Shown here piece by piece: positions 1 through 7,635 of a stretch of 64,000 bases of DNA. The DNA is taken from the NCBI GenBank assembly GCA_023150895.1, contig JAKLJY010000035.1, positions 1,301-65,300 on the forward strand. The letters are read 5' to 3'. Numbering within the stretch: position 1 is the stretch's first letter; each line of letters begins with the position of its first letter. Both the position numbers and the translations under genes were made by a program. The notes under the pieces are model-generated. The model worked only from the letters and a program-made list of their open reading frames with translations, made no database searches and was not told the DNA's origin. The stretch comes from Myxococcota bacterium. GTDB taxonomy: Bacteria > Myxococcota_A > Bradymonadia > UBA7976 > UBA1532.

Positions 1-187
1 ACCCGGGAACGCGGAGGTGATTCTTGCCCACGCCTGCCATTCGTGAACCCCAGGAGGCGCCCGACGCCGCCATGGGGGTCTTCTGTCCGACGAGCCCGAG
101 GTCCGGGCCGCGCTCGCTGCCGAATGGGACCGCCTTCTGTCGTCGCAGGGGCCCTTCGGGGTCGACCGCCTCGCTTTCGAGCACCTC

Positions 188-934
188 GTGATGGCGGTCC
201 TGCGGGAACGGGCCGGTCCGGGGGGCGCGGGCGGGCCGATCCTCCCCCGCATGGCCCTCGACGACCTCTACCTCGCGCAGGGCTGTGCGGCCGGTGACCG
301 GCGCGCCTGGCGCGCGTTCGACCGCCGCTTCGGCCCCGTGCTCGATCGCCTCTCGCTGCTCTTTTCCACGACGACCGTGTCCGCCGAGGACGCCCGTCAG
401 GAGCTCCTGACGGCGCTGTTCCGCGGACGAAAAGACGGCGGCTCGGCCTTTCAGTCGTACCGGGGCATCGCGTCGCTCTCCGGCTGGTTGCGCGTGTCGA
501 TGCGGCGGGTGGTCATCGACATCCATCGCAACCCGCGCTGGCGCCCGATGCCGGGTGGCGAAGGCGCCGAGCTCGGGCTGCTGCCCGATCAGACGCCGAC
601 GGCCGAGCCGCGGCTGGTCGAGACGCAGACGGCGCGTGCGCTCGTGGCGATCGTCCACGAATGCGTGGCGGCGCTGCCCGCGGACGACCATGCCACCTTG
701 ATGCGCTATCACCGCGACGGCCTGATCCTCGAGGAGATCGCGCGGGCCTCGGGCGTGCACACGGCGACGATCCACCGACGGCTCGAGCGCATCCGCGCCG
801 ATCTCGGTCGCGCGGTGCTGCGCCTCGCCCGCGAACGCCTCGCGTTGCAGGCGGACGAAGTGCTTTCCACCCGCGACGCCATGACGGACCTCTTCGGGTT
901 CGTCGATCGAACCGATACTGAACCCGGAACCTGA
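188..934 (+). CDS. RNA polymerase sigma-70 (ECF-like) factor, Myxococcales-type
   Basis: DLYLAQGCAAGD..AW..F motif, region-2-like YRGIASLSGWLRV, region-4 HTH LEEIARASGVHTATIHRRL. The frame is open upstream to about nt 47, so the true start may be CTG at 83. Confidence 0.8.
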   Translation: MMAVLRERAGPGGAGGPILPRMALDDLYLAQGCAAGDRRAWRAFDRRFGPVLDRLSLLFSTTTVSAEDARQELLTALFRGRKDGGSAFQSYRGIASLSGWLRVSMRRVVIDIHRNPRWRPMPGGEGAELGLLPDQTPTAEPRLVETQTARALVAIVHECVAALPADDHATLMRYHRDGLILEEIARASGVHTATIHRRLERIRADLGRAVLRLARERLALQADEVLSTRDAMTDLFGFVDRTDTEPGT

Positions 935-949
935 CCGGCGCCGGGGCGT

Positions 950-1825
950 ATGCCCCGCCACCCGGTCGCGACCCCACGGACGAGGCCCATGATGACCGCT
1001 CCCCACCCCGAGACCCCGCGCATCGACGACGAGCACCTCGCCGCGCTCGGCGAGGGTCGCCTGCTGCCCGCCGAGGAGGCCGCCGTCATCGCCTTGCTCC
1101 AGCAGGACGATGGCGCTCGCGCCGCGTTCCGCGATCTCTTCCCGGACCGCTACGCGGCGCTCTTCGGGTGCAATGTCGTGGATCTCCCGGTGGCGAGCGC
1201 CGCGCTCGTGCCGGACGACGACTTTGCGGCGGTCAGCCTGCCGGAGCCCGTCGAGGCGCCGTTCCCGAATCCCCTCGCGCCGAGCCGTCCGGCATGGCGG
1301 CTTCTGGGGTTCGGGCTGGTGGCCTCGTTCGCCGTCCTCGCCGCGCTGGTCTGGCCCCCGCGCGCCCCCGTGCATTCGACCGCGGTCCTGGGCGAAGCGG
1401 CCCTCGCCCCGCCCCCCCTGACCCGCAGCGTCGTCAGACAAACCGCGACCGAACCGGCGGCCACCGTCCGGCCCCTGTTCGTCGATCTGGGTCGGCCCGG
1501 GCGCTGGGACGCGTTGCGCCAGCGGCCGACCTGGGCTGCGGTGGTCGTCGCCGCGCCGGGGAGCCCGCCTGCGGTCCTCGCGACGAGCACCCGGCCCGGC
1601 CGGTGTACCGTGACGACCGGCACGCTGGGCTGCCTCGAGGTCGACACCCGGCCCGGTGCGGGCGTCGCCGTCGTCGTGTCCACCGGGGCGGCCGATGCGC
1701 GTCTCGACGCCCTCGTCAACGAGAACCCGAGCTTCGACGACCTCGCTCGGGCGCTCGACGCGGCCGCCGGGACCGAACCCTGGACGATTCACTTCCCCCT
1801 GGCGTCCGCCGCCCGACCGGACTAA
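950..1825 (+). CDS. putative membrane-anchored anti-sigma factor
   Basis: Directly downstream of the sigma gene. N-terminal IDDEHLAALGEGRLLPAEEAAV resembles an anti-sigma domain without the Zn ligands; one TM helix (LLGFGLVASFAVLAALVW); extracytoplasmic C-terminus. Start may be a later Met. Confidence 0.55.
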   Translation: MPRHPVATPRTRPMMTAPHPETPRIDDEHLAALGEGRLLPAEEAAVIALLQQDDGARAAFRDLFPDRYAALFGCNVVDLPVASAALVPDDDFAAVSLPEPVEAPFPNPLAPSRPAWRLLGFGLVASFAVLAALVWPPRAPVHSTAVLGEAALAPPPLTRSVVRQTATEPAATVRPLFVDLGRPGRWDALRQRPTWAAVVVAAPGSPPAVLATSTRPGRCTVTTGTLGCLEVDTRPGAGVAVVVSTGAADARLDALVNENPSFDDLARALDAAAGTEPWTIHFPLASAARPD

Positions 1826-1835
1826 ACGCGGGGGC

Positions 1836-3479
1836 ATGTCGCCCTTCGAACCCCGTGCCCGGCGCGTGCTTCGCTGCGCGCTCGCCGGTCTCCTCGCGCT
1901 GGCCGTCTGCCTCGCCGCCGCTTCGGCCGCAGCCGCCCCCCCGGCGGCCCCGTCGGCGCCGACGACGCCGCCGAACCCGGCCCTCGCGGCGCGTCTCGAA
2001 GCCCCTCTGGCCGACCTGCCGCGCGTGATCGACGCCACGCCCGTGGCCGAGCTCGAGGCGGGCTTCGACGGTTTGCCCGCCACCCACCCCGCCCGGCCGC
2101 TCGTCGCCCTGCGGCTCGCGCGGCTGGCCGCCCATCAGCGCGCGTACGCCCGAGCGGAGGCGCGCCTGAGGGCGGCGCTCGCGACCGTCGACGCCGCCCA
2201 CCCCGCCCGCTCCGCGCTGTCAGCGTTCCTCGAGCGGCTCACGACCCGCGGGCGCGCGGTCCCGGGCCGCATCGGGGCGCTCCTGCCGCTCTCGGGTCCC
2301 TACGCGGGCATCGGCAAGTCGGCCCTGGCGGCGATCCGGCTCGCCGTCGAGGACGCCGGCAAGGGCGCCACGCGCGGGCCGTTCGAGCTCGTCGTCGAGG
2401 ACACCGCCGGCGACGCCGAGCGCGCCGCCGCCGCCGTGCTGCGTCTCGCCCGGCAGCACGGTGTGACCGGCATCGTCGGCCCCGTCGGCGCGCGCGAGAG
2501 TCAGGCGGCCGCGCTGGCCGCAGAACGCCTCGAGGTCCCCATCATCACGCTCACCGGGGCGCCCGGGGTCACCGGGCTCGGCCCTTTCTCGTTCCGCCAC
2601 CGCCTGACCCGGGCCGCCTATGCCCGCTCCCTGGCCCACTACGCCCTCGAGCAGATGGGGCTGCGCACGTTCGCCATCCTGTACCCCCACGCCGACTACG
2701 GCTACGAGATGCGCGACGCCTTCTGGCGCGCGGTCGAGCGGGGCGGCGGCGAGATCCGCGGTGCCGAGGGCTACAGCTTGCGCGCCACGCAGTTCAATGG
2801 GCCCATCAAGCGCCTCGTGGGTCGGGACGATCCGAAGGCGCGGACGCCGGACGACCGCTGGGCCGAGATCAACCGCAAGGCCCGCGATCCTGCGATGCGG
2901 ATCCCGCCCATCGTCGACTTCGAGGCCGTGTTCATCGCCGACACCGCTGACCGCGCCCGCGCCCTGCTGCCGTTTCTGCTCTATTGGGACGTCGAGCTGC
3001 GCACGCACCCGGAGCAGAATGCCGCGGACCTCGCGCCGAAGTACGGGGGCGAGGTGCCGCCACTGGTTCAAGTGCTCGGGACGTCCGCGTTCAACAGTGC
3101 CGACTTCGCCGCGCGCGTCGGCGAACCCGGCCGCAACAGCGTATTCCTCGACGAGTTTCTGCCGGACGCGCCCGAGGCCGTCGACTTCGTCGCTCGCTTT
3201 CAGGCGGTCACCGGCGGGGTGCCCGACGCCCTGGCCGCGCACGCATTCGACGCCGCTCGCATGCTGGCCGCCGCTGCCACCGGCGTCTCCGATCGCGCCG
3301 AGGTGAGGCGGCGTCTGCTCGGATTGCGCGACTTCCCGGGCGTGGTGGGCCGCTCTCACTTCAACGGCGACGGCGAGATCGACCTGCGCCTCAACGTGTT
3401 GACGATCGGGGTGGACGGCACGGTCCAACCCCGCTGGGAGGAGCAGGGTTACGGCGCGCCGGACACCGCGACGCCCTGA
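1836..3479 (+). CDS. LpoA-like penicillin-binding protein activator / type 1 periplasmic binding protein
   Basis: Signal peptide, TPR-like helices, then IGALLPLSGPYAGIG, EDTAGD, GIVGPV, AILYP..YG and A.AFDA motifs of the PBP1 (LivJ/LpoA-C) fold. ATG at 1836 is in frame with ORF 1656..3479. Confidence 0.75.
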   Translation: MSPFEPRARRVLRCALAGLLALAVCLAAASAAAAPPAAPSAPTTPPNPALAARLEAPLADLPRVIDATPVAELEAGFDGLPATHPARPLVALRLARLAAHQRAYARAEARLRAALATVDAAHPARSALSAFLERLTTRGRAVPGRIGALLPLSGPYAGIGKSALAAIRLAVEDAGKGATRGPFELVVEDTAGDAERAAAAVLRLARQHGVTGIVGPVGARESQAAALAAERLEVPIITLTGAPGVTGLGPFSFRHRLTRAAYARSLAHYALEQMGLRTFAILYPHADYGYEMRDAFWRAVERGGGEIRGAEGYSLRATQFNGPIKRLVGRDDPKARTPDDRWAEINRKARDPAMRIPPIVDFEAVFIADTADRARALLPFLLYWDVELRTHPEQNAADLAPKYGGEVPPLVQVLGTSAFNSADFAARVGEPGRNSVFLDEFLPDAPEAVDFVARFQAVTGGVPDALAAHAFDAARMLAAAATGVSDRAEVRRRLLGLRDFPGVVGRSHFNGDGEIDLRLNVLTIGVDGTVQPRWEEQGYGAPDTATP

Positions 3480-4498
3480 GCCCGCTTCGCCACGCCCTCG
3501 TAGTGCCGCCAGGTGATGCGCGAGATCTCGGCGAGCGCCGCCTGGAGGGGGCCCCACTCGTCGCCCCGCGTCATCACGCAGAGCAGATACGGCTGTCCGG
3601 GAAAGTAGACGACCCCGCAGTCGTGCAGCTGGTTGACGAACTTGCCGTCCGGCGTCTGATGGCGTCGCTCGCCGAACTTGTGCGCGACCCCGACCTGGGC
3701 CGGGACGCCCGCGACGAGGCCCTGGACGAACCGCACCCGGGACAGGAGCTCCAGGGCGCGCTCCGAGGCTTCCGCCCCCAAGTACGACGCGTTGTAGAGC
3801 ACGCGGAAGAACGACGCGTACTGCTCGACGGTCATGGGGAGATCGCCCTGACTCGGCGTGGGGGTCGGCAACCCGAGCTCTTCGAACGTCTTGACGTAGA
3901 GCGCCGGGGTGAAGTGCTCCCCGACGACCTCCATCGCCCGGTTGTCCGACTCGACGATCATCTGTTCGAGGAGGACGCGCAGCGGATACTGCTGGCCGTA
4001 CGTCAGGCTCGTCGTCGGCGGGATGTTCTGGTGCAGCGTGTCCTCGGCTCGGGTATCGAAGAGCACGGGGCGATCGAGCAGCGCCGGATCCCGCTCGGCG
4101 GCTTTGAACACCATGAACATCACGGGGACCTTGAGCAGGCTCGCCGGGCTGAAGACTTCGGTCTCGTGGATGCCGAGCGTTGCCGTACTGTCGAGGTCGC
4201 GCAGATAGATGGACGCGTGCGTCAGGTGCCCGAGACTCGTCGCCCGGGCGACCGCGCTCCTGAGCTCGTCCCGGAGTTGCTCGAGGTGCAACCGCGCAGG
4301 CGCCGCCGAGACGTCGCATTCGAGAAGGGGTCGCACGTACCGGTACCCGGCGAGGCGGGTCGTCGTGCCCGTCGAGTCCGGCACGGTGGCCGGCTCCGGT
4401 TGCCGCCCGCGCAGGAAGAACCCCGCGACCATCCCGAGCGCCAGACAGGCACCGCTCAACGCGATCAGGGTGGGGGGGCGAAAGGCCTTGTCGGGCAT
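3449..4498 (-). CDS. class A beta-lactamase-like serine hydrolase (PBP-A-like)
   Basis: SxxK (ASLLK), SDN and KFG (KTG-equivalent) motifs, HDCG; N-terminal TM anchor. Confidence 0.85.
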   Translation of the reverse strand: MPDKAFRPPTLIALSGACLALGMVAGFFLRGRQPEPATVPDSTGTTTRLAGYRYVRPLLECDVSAAPARLHLEQLRDELRSAVARATSLGHLTHASIYLRDLDSTATLGIHETEVFSPASLLKVPVMFMVFKAAERDPALLDRPVLFDTRAEDTLHQNIPPTTSLTYGQQYPLRVLLEQMIVESDNRAMEVVGEHFTPALYVKTFEELGLPTPTPSQGDLPMTVEQYASFFRVLYNASYLGAEASERALELLSRVRFVQGLVAGVPAQVGVAHKFGERRHQTPDGKFVNQLHDCGVVYFPGQPYLLCVMTRGDEWGPLQAALAEISRITWRHYEGVAKRAQGVAVSGAP

Positions 4499-4594
4499 GC
4501 AGTCGTTTCGTTCGTCACGTTCTTACACACTGCGGCACGGACTTGTCTCAGTGCGGCGCAATCTTCGGGCCCGGAGGCCACGACTGGTCCATCA

Positions 4595-4610
4595 AGCAAG
4601 CCATGTGCCT
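4595..4610 (-). promoter_or_regulatory. putative sigma-54 (-24/-12) promoter for the serine hydrolase gene
   Basis: Minus strand reads AGGCACATGGCTTGCT (GG-N10-GC, close to TGGCAC-N5-TTGC), about 100 nt upstream of the ATG at 4498 in an AT-richer intergenic gap. Confidence 0.6.
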
Positions 4611-4634
4611 GAAATCGTCCACCAGGACTGAAAT

Positions 4635-5087
4635 TCAGGGCGAGACAAACGCCGCGAGCGGCACCATCAACCGCAACGCACGGCGCGGGGCCAGCGCGTC
4701 CCCCGCTCGAAACACGTAGAGCCGCGGGCCGATCCGGGCCAGCGCGCGCCGCCGGTACACGAGCATGACGGGCGCCTCGGTCGTCGGGCACTTGGTCAGG
4801 GCCGTCTCGCCGATCCCCTGCGCGAGCTGCGTCGCGATCTCGCCGGCGGTACTGCCATACAGCGCCCGCTCGAAGGGCCGGGGCGGGCCCCGCCAGCGCG
4901 CCGATCGCCAGGCCGCCGCGAATCCGGGGTCCGAGCGCCCGTGCCGGTCCGTGCCCCAGGCGGCGACGATGGCCGCGTTGTCGCCCTCCGTCGACCGGAA
5001 GACGCATGCATCGGGCGACCACCCGGCCCGGGCGAGCGCCTCGCACACCTCGGCCCAGGCCAGGGCCAGCCGCGGATCCGGCGTCAC
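4635..5087 (-). CDS. hypothetical protein (~150 aa), last gene of the radical SAM operon
   Basis: GTG start overlaps the radical SAM stop (GTGA); protein-like composition in the C-terminal part of ORF 4635..5507. Confidence 0.55.
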   Translation of the reverse strand: MTPDPRLALAWAEVCEALARAGWSPDACVFRSTEGDNAAIVAAWGTDRHGRSDPGFAAAWRSARWRGPPRPFERALYGSTAGEIATQLAQGIGETALTKCPTTEAPVMLVYRRRALARIGPRLYVFRAGDALAPRRALRLMVPLAAFVSP

Positions 5088-6202
5088 GCGATCCGCCCGT
5101 CCCAGGGCTGCCAGGTGGAACACAACGCCGTGTCGGGATGAAAGATCAGCTCGTGGAGCGGGTGCGCCCCCGGCTCGCCGCCGGCTCGGCGGCGCTCGAT
5201 GAGGGCCAGATCGGCCCCCTCGAAGCAGACGTCCATCGGGCCCGCAGGGCCGGCATGACGATAGACCTCGACGCTGTAGTAGTACCCGAGCACGTGCCGG
5301 ATGAAGGTGAAGTCCGCGGCCGGGGCGCCCGTGCCCGGCGCCGACGGCTGCAGCGCCTCGAGGATCGGCCGTTGCGAGACGAAGGCCGCGTCGGTGTGGC
5401 GCGTGACGGCGTTCGGACGGTGGGTGACGGGGTCGTACCGCATGAGCTGCCGGAACACGACGTTGTCGACCCCCACCGCCGCCGCGAATTCGAGGTACCT
5501 CCGGCAATCCTCGAGGTCGTCGACGAGCCCGGCGAGGAGCACGCAGGAAAGTCGCGGGCGCACCCCGGCGGCACGGGCGCGGCCGACGATCTCACGCAAG
5601 GCGGCGTCGGGGTCGGGCGGCGGCGGGTCGATGCGCATGACCCGCTGATTCACGTCGGCCTCCCAATGGGCGCGGCTGATGTTGAGGTGCGCGAGGCCGC
5701 TCGCGAGGACGACGTCGAGCAGGTCGCCCTGACCGCCATCGGGACGGGGCCCCAACAACCCGCTCGCGTTCGTCGTCAGGGTTCGCTTGCGCAGGCCCGC
5801 GGCTGCCACGCGCGCCAGGATGCCGGGCAGGCGGGGGTCGAGGCTGGGTTCGCCCCCCGTGATGGAGAGCGACGGGTCCAGCGGGCGGGTCAGCGCCAGG
5901 GCGGCCTCGAGGCGGGAAAAGTAGCGGGCGTCGTCGGATTCGCCGTGCTTCTGTGCCTCGAGCTCGCCGCCGCGGCTCGCCGGACGCAGCTCCTCGACGC
6001 AGAACGGACAGCGCGCATTGCACCGCTGACCGGAGTAGATGCTGAGGTTGACGTTGCGGTAGACCCGGTACGTCGCCTCGCCGACCCGCCACGGGCGTGT
6101 CCCCTGCCCGGTCGCCGTCGTGTCGACGTCGAACGCCGCCTCGGGCGCGCGCCGCCAGTCGGGGTTGAAGCGCGTCAGCGCAGGCTCGGGATGTCCGGCC
6201 AT
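5084..6202 (-). CDS. radical SAM protein
   Basis: CxxxCxxC (CNARCPFC), ITGGEP, TTNA and LNISR motifs. The ATG overlaps the upstream stop (TGATG). Confidence 0.9.
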   Translation of the reverse strand: MAGHPEPALTRFNPDWRRAPEAAFDVDTTATGQGTRPWRVGEATYRVYRNVNLSIYSGQRCNARCPFCVEELRPASRGGELEAQKHGESDDARYFSRLEAALALTRPLDPSLSITGGEPSLDPRLPGILARVAAAGLRKRTLTTNASGLLGPRPDGGQGDLLDVVLASGLAHLNISRAHWEADVNQRVMRIDPPPPDPDAALREIVGRARAAGVRPRLSCVLLAGLVDDLEDCRRYLEFAAAVGVDNVVFRQLMRYDPVTHRPNAVTRHTDAAFVSQRPILEALQPSAPGTGAPAADFTFIRHVLGYYYSVEVYRHAGPAGPMDVCFEGADLALIERRRAGGEPGAHPLHELIFHPDTALCSTWQPWDGRIA

Positions 6203-7635
6203 CAGGCACGGCCCCCGAGTCCGCCCGTCGCGGGCGCCAGCGGCACGAACGGGCGCGGCTTCTCGCCCGGTCGGCGCCACGGTCCCGGCCGACGCTCGAG
6301 TTCGAGCCGTACGGCCCGGCCGGCGATCGCACGCAGGCGCGCGCCGAGGTCGAGGCACGTGCGGTCGTCGAGCTCGACGGGACCGCGGTACACGAGCCGC
6401 ACCCGCCCCGGGGCCAATTCGAGGACTTGGTACTCGTCGACCCCGAGCCGGCCGAGCGACGGGGCGAGCCGCGCCGGATCCCAAGGAGGTGCGTCGCTGC
6501 CGGTCCCGAACTGCACCGCGGCCCGCCCCTCGAACCGGAGGAGTCTGGGCGTGAACAGGCCACAGGCACACGGCGCCACCGCCGGGCGGACCTCGCCGCG
6601 GTCGCCGACCGCGTAGCGCAAGAGCCAGAGCGCGTCGTTGCGCAGATCGTCCACGAGCAGGCGTCCGGGAGACGAACCGTGGTCCACGGCCTCGTCCCCG
6701 ACCGCCGCCGTCCCGGAGGCGCCGGGCGCCGACGTCGAGAGGTGGACGTAGGGCGTCAGGACATGCCACCCCCCGTCCGCCGGGCAACGCAGTGCCAGCG
6801 GGCCGAGCTCGGCGGCGCTGTAGTACTCCACGACGGGACAACGCAGGTGCGACACGAGCTGCGCCCGCAGGCGCGGCGACAGCGAGAACGCGCTCGAGAG
6901 CACGAGCCGCGGCCGGACGTCGACGGAGAGCAGCCCCGCCAGCGCGTCGGGATCCCCCGTGACGACGGCCGGCGCCGCCGCCTGCAAACGCTCGCGCCAC
7001 TTCGTCCGCCCCACGGTGATCTTCGAGAACCGCAGTCCGTGAAAGAGCGGCAGCCAGGTCTGGTACTCGGGCGAGTGACCGAGCGCATCGAGCAGCACGT
7101 AGCCCGCCCCCGGGCGTGGGCGCGAAACGCCATACCAGGCGAGCGCAAGGTCCACGACGGGAAAGAACGAGAGGTACGCCGGGGCGGACATCCGGAAGCG
7201 CAAGGGCTCGCCGGTGCTGCCGCTCGTCACGCCCCCCTGAACGTCCCGGAAGGCCCACGGCAGCCGCGTCGGCGAGACATGCGGCGTGAGCGTATTCCGC
7301 GCGGCCTGCACGTCGGCGCGCTCGAGCGGCGGCAGCGTCTCGCAGACCTCGTGGAGGCGGGCGCGCGCACAGGACGCCGCCTGAAAACGCGCCTGCCAGA
7401 ACGGGACGGACTCGTAGGCGACGGCCCAGCGCGCGGCCCGGACGCGTGCGGCGTCTTCGAGGGCGCGCGCGCCCCCGTCCGCGGACAGCAGGGCTCGCAG
7501 CGACCGTCGCCAGCGGGCCAGCGTCGGCCCGGGCCCGAGCAGCTGCGCCCAGGGCCGGGCCCGGATGTCCGGGACGAACGGGTGGGCCGCCCCGGACCCG
7601 AGCGCCATCGGCGGCAGCGTCAGGGCAGCCGACAC
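6202..7635 (-). CDS. phenylacetate-CoA ligase-like (PaaK/CapK/F390 synthetase family) adenylate-forming enzyme
   Basis: P-loop TSGSTGEP, EYYSAAE, RYAVGD and EGR motifs; AYESVPFW N-terminal motif. Confidence 0.8.
   Translation of the reverse strand: MSAALTLPPMALGSGAAHPFVPDIRARPWAQLLGPGPTLARWRRSLRALLSADGGARALEDAARVRAARWAVAYESVPFWQARFQAASCARARLHEVCETLPPLERADVQAARNTLTPHVSPTRLPWAFRDVQGGVTSGSTGEPLRFRMSAPAYLSFFPVVDLALAWYGVSRPRPGAGYVLLDALGHSPEYQTWLPLFHGLRFSKITVGRTKWRERLQAAAPAVVTGDPDALAGLLSVDVRPRLVLSSAFSLSPRLRAQLVSHLRCPVVEYYSAAELGPLALRCPADGGWHVLTPYVHLSTSAPGASGTAAVGDEAVDHGSSPGRLLVDDLRNDALWLLRYAVGDRGEVRPAVAPCACGLFTPRLLRFEGRAAVQFGTGSDAPPWDPARLAPSLGRLGVDEYQVLELAPGRVRLVYRGPVELDDRTCLDLGARLRAIAGRAVRLELERRPGPWRRPGEKPRPFVPLAPATGGLGGRA

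Noticed and set aside
5084-6202. Prokaryotic viperin
   Set aside because: Lacks the viperin-type N(Y/F)H...CNYxCxFC context and other viperin motifs I can recognise.
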